Source: Eledone cirrhosa (Eukaryota). Taken from it: 64,000 nucleotides of DNA. Position 1 is the first letter of the stretch. Every line of letters begins with the position of its first letter. This document shows, piece after piece, positions 24,901 to 36,361 of the stretch. The stretch is from contig OZ024742.1 of assembly GCA_964016885.1 (NCBI GenBank), positions 180,110,001 through 180,174,000 on the forward strand, in the 5' to 3' direction. The position numbers were made by a program, and so were the translations under genes. The notes below the pieces were generated by a model. It was not told the DNA's origin. It saw only the letters and a program-made list of their open reading frames with translations, and ran no database searches.

Positions 24901-27900
24901 TGGATAGTTAGTCTGATATTATACACTAGCACTAAATGTTTGATTGCATGTATCCTAGCATCCTGTTTCAATACTTACTATCTACCATTTCTTGTTATTT
25001 GTATTTATCAATCTGGTATTCATGTAATTAATCTGTAAATGTCAATTTTTTGTCAATAAATTGTGTTCTCTGTGGTAAAATACACTATTGCCAATACCTA
25101 GTTGAAGGATCGAATTTGAGGTTCAACAGACAATTGTAGATCACTTTGAAGAGGAGCAAAATTAAACCTTCAAAAGACATCACTCTGTCATTTCATTTCA
25201 GATTTCACATGGTTGGAAGCATTGGGATCAAATCTAATAAATTAGCCAACCCACATCACAACCACCAAATATGAGGTGTTTGTTGTGCATGATTGGAGCT
25301 GTAGGTCTCAGCTGAGATTTGTAGATGTTTAATAATTGTTAGATGAAATTATTTCTGATGCTAGAGAGGATGACCAATGTTTGTGAAACAATGTTTGTTA
25401 TGTTAAAGATGTGAAATCACTACGAGAGATCCTCTGCCTTTGTAGTGACATTGTGGGTATTAGTTATGTGTTGTTCATCTCTAAGTGGGGTGGTGTTATA
25501 ATAATGTTTTCTAGGTGTGTGTAATGGTTGTCTTTGTGTTTTTGTAAGGACACCATTGAAGGATGTCTTTGTTCATGGAATTAGTGTAGGTTTGGTCTGA
25601 GATGTGTAGGCTGCATGTAAATGATGTTTGGGTGCAGAAGTCTAGGAGGAGAGGTAAGGGGGAATATTTTGCATAGTAGTGGCCATTGTTAGAGGTGAGG
25701 TGAATAAAGTCTTTGATGTACAAGAGAGAAAAGGTGTTCGGGGACAACGTTATTGGATTTATAATTGAACAAGAGGAATCAATAATGCATTTTTATTTCT
25801 GAATATATTTTTCTCTACAGCTGCATCATGACAGAATCTTATTAGCCATTAAAGGGTATATGCACTCTTATATTCCCCTATGTTTGATTATGTGTTGATA
25901 ATAGTAAATATATCATTCATATATCTATGGCCTTGGTCACTGACACTCTATTTCAGGGTATCTGATTGAGGTCAATTGTTGGCCAAATGATGCTTTTTGT
26001 TCTCTTTCTCAGTTTTTACTAACATATATTCACCTTCTCTACAGCCCTCATTTCCACACTTTATAGGGTCTTTCTAATACATACATAATGGTTTCATGTT
26101 ATTGTCGTCAAGTTATTATCATCAGTTTTTTTCTTTTCTTTGTCTTTTCGTGATGGTCTTTTTAGCTGTCTTTTTTGTGATTGTTTTCCTTTCCTTTTCT
26201 TTTCCATTCCTTCTCTTTCATATCTTTAGAATAAAACTTTCCCTAGTCTACTATTGATTAAAATAGTTATTGACTTTACTGACCAAATATAAAGTCTATT
26301 ATTTTATAAGTCTTGGCTATATAGTCAATTGAATTAATACCAGAATATTACTAATAGTTATTGAAAGATAGAATGAGAAGAGCTGCTGGCCAAAAGGATA
26401 GGGTAGCAGACAATCAGCTGAAATATTGTCATTTATTAAATATTGGCAGTTCTCTCTGGCATTGCATTTTATCTATGCCACAGTTCACTAAGCCATAAAT
26501 AGGAGCTGTACAATAGGAACATAAGCCATGGCAGCATTATAAAACTGTGTGTAGACTAACAGAGCTGAGTTTAGTTATCCATGTGAACCCAGAGAAGTCA
26601 ATGGGAAACCATATGATGGTAATCTTAAGAGAGGTCTTGCATAAGATTATGATGGAAAGGTTTTAGATAAATATAAACACTTTAAGATAAACAATTTTGT
26701 GTTGTAAATTCTGGGCTAGTTACAAGTGGTTTGGTATTAAAAGTGTTAAAATAAGATAGAGGTCAAAGTGTTGTGTTGCCTTGGAGAAAAATTCAACAGT
26801 TTTCATTACATTTTCAAATGAAATAAATGAGTTTTCAATATTGCTCTCTGTTTAATTATGATGAAATATCACAAACCAATAAAAGATTTTAATCGTCATT
26901 TTTAAATCATAATGATTCCGTATTCGAATGTTTTGAATTGTTAACTCTTAGTTTTCATATCTATAATTATTTACAAATTTATTACTCTGGTACATACTCC
27001 AATATATATTCCACTGGGAATGGTGCTGGTATTATGATAAAACATACATGTAAAGAGGTTAGTGTTAGGAAGAGTTTTCAGCCATAGAAACCCCACCAAA
27101 AGAGGTTGAGAAGGTTTTAATTCCATACCACAGCAACCTCTCATGCTGGTGCCAAAAACAATGTACCAATACACCCCAAAGAATATCCAACTATAGAAAC
27201 CATGCTAAAAAGTTTCAAGAAAACTTTTCAGTTGTGTCAAGGATACAAAAACGTCTAATGTGTTGGTGATCTACACGATAAATGCATCCAGAACACTCAG
27301 TTAAGTGGTTGGTGATAGGAAAGGCATCCAGTCATAGAAAACCTGCCAAATGAAGAGTTTGAAGTACACCTAAGCTATGTTGAAAACATAATACCCTCAT
27401 TAATGCTGGTGACACAATAACATACACCTAGTGCACTCAGAGCATGAGAATGTATGTCAGTGAGAAGCAGGTCCATGGAATGTCTGAGAAGTCAGTAGCT
27501 ATGATTAAGTACTATTTGGCCAGTGATGACCCATCCATCACTTGCTAGCAGGAAAAATGGACATTAACTGTTGATGATGATGATGATGGTGAGACTATAT
27601 ATTATGCAAATAAATAGTTGTTGTTTAAACCTACACCTCTGATTTAGCTTACCTGTGATTGATAGCCTCTTGATAATCTAGTTTTATTTTCAGGCAATAA
27701 TATTTCTAGAACTACATTATCTAAAAGGTTCTTCTCTTTATCAAGAGGGAGAACATGTGATTTAAGGGTGATTTTGCTGATTTTTCCAACTAGTAATGGA
27801 TTGGGTAGAAGTCACTGGGCTGTAGCCAGAAGCCTCACGATATTTAAAAGGATCAAAATTAATTTTTTCTAGCCCCATAAATATTATATGTAAGGGCCCT

Positions 27901-28454
27901 CCAGTGAAATTCCCAGCTAGGACTCCATGCAAACTTAATGTACCCTTATTTCTAATTGATTGAGAAACCACAGATATTTTTATTGGCTAGCTGAATGGTT
28001 AAGACATTTATAATCAAGATATGAAAGGTTCGGTCCCACTACCTGGCATCTTGGGCAGGTGTTTTTACCATCTAGCAGAGAATTTCATCAAGTGCCTTTG
28101 CATATTATTTATGGTTGTTAAAAAATTAATTGGAGAAGAATTTGGAAGAGATTTACTGAAATTATTATTTCATTACTAAGATGGTATTTGCACATTAAAT
28201 AATGGTTATTACATCAAATTATGCTTGAAGGTTTTATTTTTAATAGTAACCCTTTGTTTCAGAGAACCAGAGACAGTTTAGCTGGATTGGTATCAAAAGG
28301 GAACACATGCCTGTGGAATACTCAGCTCCTGAAATGTTAATTCACAAGTCAGATTTTCAGTTGATCAAACAAAGTGTTTATGAAAATCACTGATGAATGA
28401 TCCATCATTACTACAAATAGTTATTATTTGAGACAATTCTCTCTTTAGATTTGT

Positions 28455-28819
28455 TGTTTTGGTGCCACAACAAAAAGCGCCCAGTCCACACTGTAAATTG
28501 ATCATGTTGGTATGATGACCCCCCCCCCCCCCCTCTAGCACACACTGTAAAATGGTCATATTGGTGTCATAACAAAAGGTGCACAGTCCACACTGTAATG
28601 TGGTCATGTTGGTGTCATGACAAAAACACTCAGCCTACACTGTAAATGTGGTTGGTGTTAGGAAGGGTATCCATCTGTAGAAATCAAGCCAGAAACAGTT
28701 CTGTATGGGCAAGTCAAGACCACCTGACATGACTTGCCTTGCCTCTAATGGGACAAACCATCTAACCCATGCTAGCATGGAAAATACATGTTAAATGATG
28801 ATGACGATGATGAGGATGA

Positions 28820-28853
<34 letters not shown>

Positions 28854-28868
28854 GATGATGATGATGAT
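28455..28868 (+). mobile_element. RTE-related SINE with four internal repeats and a long (GAT)n tail
   Basis: Units ggtg..a.aacaaaa..c.cagtccacactgtaa..tggtcatgtt; tail aacccatgctagcatggaaaa...gatgatgat. Confidence 0.75.
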
Positions 28869-30186
28869 TTCATTTGTTATATATATTTTAGATTATTTCA
28901 AATCGTCGTTGCTTTGTTGATGTTGCTGCTCTTAATATATCAAATCTGAAATACTTGCTTCAATAAATTGAATTTGGCTTCTTTAATTTTTTTTATGTCA
29001 GGCTTAACCAGGTTTCTCTCAAATGTAAAATATCTCTCTTGAAGATCTTTCTCGCATTATAATCTTACTTTTGATCTTTCTCTGTTGAGGAATTCTAGGC
29101 TGGTTTCCAGGACTCTTTTCTCAGACGGTTCTATCTTATTTAACATGAACAATGCTATTACCCGGGTTTTATGTTGTTCCCTTTGGTCATTACACATATC
29201 ATTGTTATCATCATCGTCACCTTTACCATTACCATCATTACTATTGCTTTCATTATTGTCATCATAATCATAATTGTCATCATCACCATAATCATCTTTA
29301 TCATAACCATCATCAACATCATCATCATTATCATAATCACCTCATCACCATCATCATCATCCTCATGAGAGTAGAACAATAAAAAATAGAGATATACTAC
29401 TACAAAAAGTTCCTTCCCATAATGTTCCATCATTTACAAAAGCAACTCTGCAGAGAAAATTTCAATCCAAATTTGTCTAGTCTCATCAAGCAATGAGGTT
29501 GCCCCTATGTTGTCATTCACTAGAAATAACAACCAAATTTCCCTCAGATCAATCTCTGTTTTAGATCTAGTTGATGCTTCCCTTAGCTAAAATGGGTGGT
29601 CTTGTGTGTATTCAAGAAATCAGGATTGTCATTATTCAAAAGAGTTGTGGATTTGCAGAATGATTAGAATGCTAGACAAAATAATTTGCTGTATTTATGA
29701 TGGTTCTTTACTTTCTAAGTTCAAATCCCACTGAGGTCGACTTTGCCTTTCATCCTTCTGAGGCTGATAAATAAAGTACCAATCATGTAGTCAGATCAAT
29801 TTAATTATCCCTCCACCTCAACCCCCAAATAATAAATTGCTGGCTTTGTGTCACAATTAGAAACCATTGTTATCCTTATTTAAATCTTACTAAGATTAGT
29901 TTTACCCTTCATTATCCTAGGATTGATAAAATAAGAGCATCATCATCTAACATCCTTTTTCTCTGCTAGCTGATCAGTAATCACATCAGTAATTCAGTAC
30001 TTGAGTGGAGATACTAACTTCTCAGATGGGTCAGGCATTCACATTTTGCATATATATATGATCCCACGCTACCATGGCACCAGCACTTGTGAGATTTTCA
30101 TGACTTTAACAAAACTGTAATTTAGTATCACTTCTGAATGGACACACTTTAAAGTTTATTTCAGCATAATTTGAACTTGGTACATA

Positions 30187-31410
30187 TCTTTATATATATA
30201 AAAGCGAGGATGTGTGTGTGTCTGTGTACAACTTTGGATACCTAAGGCTTTTACAATTACCAACCGAATTTGACCAAATTTTCTGTGCACGTTGCACAGG
30301 TCGCTAAGATGGTCACATCACAACAAATTTTCCAATCGACCCACGTTGATATCGAATAAAAAATCGATATCAAAATTATCGGTAGGAAAATTTATGTAAG
30401 GGAGATAACCAACTTTATTGACAATCCTTATAAAGAGAGTGAGATATGGAGACCTTCGTTTTCAATTTTAAAACAACAATCATCGTCGGTCGAAATTTCA
30501 GAAATATAAACATCAGATTCATTTGAAGATAAGTCACTAATATTATCGTTTGTTTCTTGTTTATTCTTTGTTGCACTTTCAAAGTTAAAAAAACACTTGT
30601 TTTAACTTGTTTCACTATATTAAGTGTTAATTTTCGCGGTAAGGCCCTAATCTCCCAGCAGTCTCGAATTGACGAGATTTTGATAATGGTTTGTTTATTT
30701 TTAGAACAATCCTTATGGGACTTTCCATTCAAACAATTGAGACCTACAGCTTTTACATTTTTAAAGTAATTTCGCCCACATTTGAGGCAGGCATTATCTA
30801 TGCTTCCAGCTGTATTCGTACACATCAAACGTTTTTGACAATGAAAGAACATACTGAACAGGATTCTTCCTGGATGTCCACGGATATATAAATCTATTGA
30901 TACTGTATATGATCCACAGGATGCGGTCAACTATCCAGTTGAATTTCTAAATTCTTTAAATCCTCCTGGTTTACCTCCTAATACATTCGTTCTGAAAGAG
31001 GGAACGCCAGTTATTTTGCTGAGAAATATCACTCCTCCAAAACTACACAAAGGTACACGCCTTGTGGTTAAAAAACTGTCTCCACTTAGTATTGACGCTA
31101 TCATTCTATCCGGATGTGGAAAAGGCGAGGATGTGATAATAACAAAAATTAGCCTGACTACATCAGACGTGGATACTCCCTTCTCCTTTCGCCGAACCCA
31201 ATTTCTCCTTCGTGTTGCCTTTGCGATGTCCATAAACAAGTCGCAAAAGTCAAACTCTATCCGTCACTGGAATTCACTTGGATGAACCTTGCTTTTCGCA
31301 CGGACAATTCTAAGATGCCTGCTCACGAGTTGGCAGTCGAGATAATCTCTTTGCGTTTGTTCCGAAAAGAAAAACAAAGAATATCGTCTATCCTGAAGTG
31401 CTTTAGTGCT
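30187..31410 (+). mobile_element. Internally deleted Helitron
   Basis: 5' TC-tttatatatataaaag...gtgtgtgtctg start, joined to a helicase C-terminus. Confidence 0.75.
30851..31406 (+). pseudogene. Helitron PIF1-like helicase C-terminal region (frameshift and stop)
   Basis: YKSIDTV...NYPVEFLNSLNPPGLPP...LLRNITPPKLHKGTRLVVKKL...FAMSINKSQ / EPCFSHGQF*DACSRVG...TKNIVYPEVL*. Confidence 0.9.
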
Positions 31411-32039
31411 AGTGCCAAGATTAAACGTGTTTAGTACATCCTGTACAGTGGCACTGTTTCTACCAACACAAAATGCACACAGTACATTCTGTAAAATGAT
31501 TGGTGTTAGCCATAGAAACCATTCCAACACTTGAACATAAGTGTAATACATAGCTTTCCATTTCATTTGACCTCAAGCTATGATGACCCAACTAAAGCCA
31601 TGCCAGAGTTGAAAGTAAATGTTAAATGATGATGATGATGATGATGAGGATGATGATGATGAGGACGACCATGATGATGATGATGATGATGATGAGAAGA
31701 AGAAGAATGCCAGAAATAATTGAATTTATTTTAAAGGATAGGATTAAGCTAAAGTTTGAAGAGAAATCTGGCCACACCATTTATTGAATATGTCATCACC
31801 ATACAATGGATACTATAAGATATATAGTTTAATAACTATCACAATGTATCTATGCATGTATATATATATACATACATATCTATACAGACATCGATTTGCA
31901 CACATACATAATATATTCAGATATATAGACAAAAAAAGAAACAGAATCTCACTCACACATACCTCACCCACTAACACACATACACAAACACATAGCAACA
32001 AACTGTTCTTAATAATATCATGATATATATATATATATA

Positions 32040-32485
32040 TTTACATGCACACACACACTCCTTTACTCACATATACACACACATTTCTTCTTAGCTTCGT
32101 ACGGACCTATAATAACACACACACACAAACTCATGCTTACGTGCGTGCTGAAGTATAGCTCTTTTTACAAAACAGTTTGTTTTCCATTTCAGGTAGACGC
32201 GCTCCATCATCCATTTTTCTAAAAAACAAATCATACACAAAACACCAGCACCAACAGTTTTACAAGAGATGTCAACATGAATGGACCTATTATTTTTATC
32301 TAAAGACATTTTTTTCCAATTCCATCCCGCCTGTCCCCTTAATCTATTTTATTTCTGCTTCTTTCTTCTGATGAAGGACTAGCGTCCGAAACGTTACGAC
32401 ATCCTGCTATATCAAGCGTTAACCTAATATATACATTCCCTATACTGTACCGATTGTGTTGTTATTTCTGTTTACCTTTTACATA
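32040..32485 (+). mobile_element. Solo pLTR of the Neptune PLE
   Basis: Reverse-complement match to 44825-45255. Confidence 0.9.
32364..32399 (+). ncRNA. Minimal type I hammerhead ribozyme (PLE type)
   Basis: TCTT-CTGATGA-aGGAC tagc GTCC-GAAACGTT^ACGA; palindromic AACGTT in place of stem III; one mismatch in stem I. Confidence 0.75.
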
Positions 32486-32798
32486 CATATATCATCATCA
32501 TCATCATCATCATCATTTTACGTCCGCTTTTCCCTGCTTGCAAGGGTGGGACGGGAACTGATTCTGGCTTGATTTCTATAGCTGGATGCCCTTCCTAACA
32601 CCAACCTCATTTACAGTGAGTGCTGGGTGCTTTTCTGCCGTGGCACCTCCACGACCACTTTGCAGTGGAATGATAGGGATCCCAGTCCCTATCATCTCAT
32701 TTCTACAGCTGAGTAAACTGGAGCAATGTGAAATAAAGTGTCTTGCTCAAGGAAACAACACATCACCCGGTCTGAGAATTTAACTCACAACCTTTCTA

Positions 32799-32870
32799 TT
32801 GGTGTTGGTGTAATGGTAGCACAGTGGTCTGGACAACCAAAGATGTGGGCTCGACTCCCATGTACGTCAA
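32799..32870 (+). pseudogene. tRNA-like cloverleaf (pseudo-tRNA or SINE head)
   Basis: Acceptor TTGGTGT/ACGTCAA, D stem GTGT/GCAC, anticodon arm TGGT-CTGGACA-ACCA, T arm GTGGG-CTCGACT-CCCAT. It has 2 extra nt and a mutated T loop. Confidence 0.55.
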
Positions 32871-33745
32871 TATTCATTTTTTCCATTTCTCCGAGGGTTC
32901 TTCACCCCACTATCAGGCTAAATAATTTTCTTTAATTTCTTTAGTCAAAATACGGCGATAGCTTACATTTATAATATATATATATATTAAAATAACAGAT
33001 TAGGGTGGAAGCAGCGATTCTTTGCTTAAACTTTAATCTGTTATTTTAATAAATATTTGCTCTACGGTTCTTATGTGATATATATTTATCCTTATCGAGC
33101 CCTCTTTGGATTTTAGTCTTCAAATTTATTATTATTACTATATATGTATATATATGTATGTGTGTGTCTGTGTATGGGTATATATATAAAATGTAGTCAT
33201 CACAATGTAAATGACCATAACAATAGTTAATCACTGTAAATAATAGTTGAAAAAATGGGGTAAACATTAGACAGAGGGGCCTGTGAGGAAACAAGCATCT
33301 CAGATATTTTTTCCATATCCACAAGTTCTTTACTCAATTCCCTCAACTATTATTTAGTGATTTATTATTAGAGTTATTTATGTTGGGACAACTACATTTC
33401 AAATAAAAAATTTCCTAGTGTTTCTTAAGTCAACTGGATGCACACACACATATATATATGTTAAGTCATATTGGAGTTTATTGATATATGTCCTGGTAAA
33501 GATTATATAAGCTCAATAATGCTAATCAGTATCCTTGGTCAATCGGTAATACAAAAGGGGGAATGATTTTTCAACCTCTGTGGACTACGTTATAGACATT
33601 TATGGCACAAACTGCAGAGCTCAAAATTTCATAAAATAAAATTGAATAACCACTTTTACAACATTATTTCATAGAGTAAAATCATGTTGTAAATCTTAAC
33701 TGGTTATTCATTGTTATTTTATTATATATATATATATATATATAT

Positions 33746-33922
33746 AACGAAGGAAATGTGGTAAGGAACCAGGTGGACCATAACGCACCAAAGTACTCAA
33801 TATTTGGGGTAGTAGAGTGGGTAATAGGAACCAGTAAGACCCCGACAGCTGAGCTCAAGCCGTTTCTGAATTAGCCGTCGAAACGGCTTGAGCTCAGCTG
33901 TCGGGGTCTTACTGGTTCCTAT
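33746..33922. mobile_element. Fold-back element, family B, with an HHR 3' half
   Basis: Arms 33824-33866 / 33880-33922. The plus strand reads GAAACGGC-ttgagctca-GCTGTC^GGGG; (TA)n on both sides. Confidence 0.8.
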
Positions 33923-35799
33923 ATATATATATATATACACTCATTGCTTCTAACCTTTCCAATTAATGTTTTATACATAAATTGAGCCACGTCAAGCTTT
34001 CTACACCGAATGGATAGGGTCAAGAGCTAGGTAACTCTTTATATCTTTCTCATACCTCTATTTTATCTCTCCCGTTTTTGCCTCGCCTTTTTTTTTTTTT
34101 TTGACCTCTGTTGTTTCCATTTGTTGTCCCTGGTCGAATGGCAAACAGACACCATATCTCCCACCATTGGCTCCCTCACTCTCTTCTTCTTTTTTGCCAC
34201 AGCTCTTGCTGTTATTTCCACCACTTATTATTGCGACTGCTCACTTTCGAACAACAAACAGCCTTCCTTTCTATCGCCGCTTGTTACCTCAGTCTGTCAC
34301 CCCTCATTGCTCTCTCATTCTCATTCTTCTCTCTTCGCTTTGGACAACAGAGATTTGATTCCTGTTGCGCAGTCAATAATTCTAGACTCAGTCTAGGAAT
34401 AGTCCCTGCTTCACACGAGAAACTATGTTGCGATATTATATCACAGATTATTGATAGGGTGCTGACAATCCAAATTTAACGCCAAGTACCTTATTCTTGT
34501 TAATCTTTCACTCCATCTTTCTATTTATCTCTCCATCGCTCTCGTCCACATTTTTCACCTTGCCTCCTCCTCCACTCTCCCTCCCCTTAACTCCCTCTTT
34601 TCTCATATCTTTCTTCCTCTCTCTCTCACACTCTCCATTCGATTTGTGGTTATATCTTAAACACCCCAACCCCCTTTCCGCCAAAATTAAAAGAAGTTTT
34701 ACTATGCAAATAGTATACAGTTGGTAGCGGCTACCTTCCACCCTGAATATATGTGTATTCGTAAATATATATATTTGATATCTGTTTTCCCTGTTGGAAA
34801 GTGTCAATGTTACATCACAGACCAATCAATACTCACCTCTTAAATAGGTTGGAGGCCCACATCTTGCTTACATATATTCTTCACTCTACCAAGTGCATTT
34901 TATTATGGCGTCAGCACTAGGGAGGCTGTCATATATTTGACAGGGCTGAAGAGTCCTCCTGAAACTATGAATAACACATTCCCTATGGCTTGATTCCCTT
35001 CCAATCATCAACCCCATTACAGAGTGTACTGGATGCATATGTCATGTAGAATAGATACACACATACCCCTGCCCACACACATATATACATATGTGTCATG
35101 ACGTTTGTTTGCCAAAAGCTAATCATAAGTGATGGAAGTGTCAGCATTTCCAATAGATGTATCTGATTCACACACATACACATGTAATGATGATGATGAT
35201 ATATATGTATATGTATGTATCTATATGTATATAAACACATACATATACATATATGTTTTAAAGTTCTCATATCCTGTACTAAGCATCACACAATATGCAC
35301 ACACACATATATAAATGTGTGTAAGTAATCAACTCACTGTATCAGTATTACTCTACATATTTTAGCTGACTAATTACATACAAGGCTCCAGAGGGCTGCG
35401 AGTATTGATAAAATACTATTGTTTCCCTAAAACTAGAAACGTGTTTAGTTTTGATTACAAGAGAGCAGCTGGTGTTGGACATAAAATTCATTCTAAACGT
35501 GCTATGATGCTACAAATACCAATTATAGATATATAAGAATTTCCTGTTTTCGCGTATCCAGTTGATAATGAAGAAATTGTAATGCCAACGCATTGCTCAG
35601 TGGGATAGTAAATTTTATTCTCTCATCAATTTATATTTATATCGATTTCTATCTTAGGTACAATGTGAGTTATTTTGTGGAAGTGGAAACTTTGAAACAT
35701 CAGCGCATATACATATATATTTTCAGAGATTGACTGATGAAAAGGGACTGGTTATTTTCCCTTCTTCTTTGTCCTGTACAGCTGTTTTATATAGATGTC

Positions 35800-36326
35800 A
35801 TGGACTCTGAGAAGGATTTCGCCACCAGAAAGGCCCAAGCATGGTCAGCTTGCAACAAGATGGATCGAGTTTGGCGCTCAAATCTTTAAAACCACACCAA
35901 AATCAGACTCTTCCAAGTAGCAATTCAATCAATCTTGGTATATGGAGGTGAAACATGGATGCTTTCATCCAAACAACAAAAGTGCCTGCATGACACTTAC
36001 ACTCGCCTGCTCCACCACATTCAGAACTGGCAACATCTGACTTTGAGAGAGATATATGCAGGCCTCCCATGCATATCTGTCGTTGTATGTAAAAGGAGAG
36101 TAAGATTTTATGGCCACTGCCATCGTGCCACCTATGAGGCTGTGTCCCCCATTAGTGCTTTGGAAACCACAAGCAGTCACTTATAACACAGGGCGCAAGC
36201 TCAACTATCCTGATGTCATCTCCAGAGATTCTGGTATTGAAATCCAGGATTTGGCAACAGTAATGAATGACAGACCCACTTGGAGATCAGTTGTTGAGTT
36301 GATTTCGGCTGAGGCCGCTGGATAAT
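35800..36326 (+). mobile_element. RTE-group LINE 3' end (second family)
   Basis: RKAQAWSACNKMDRVWRS...QSILVYGGETW...RRVRFYGHCHRA...YPDVISRDSG...MNDRPTWRSVV. Confidence 0.8.
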
Positions 36327-36361
36327 GACATATATATTATGTAACACAAACTTTAAAAAAT

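Noticed and set aside
25090-25760. Possible very old PLE RT remnant on the minus strand
   Set aside because: Only vague similarity (HYY..SPL); no diagnostic motif recoverable.
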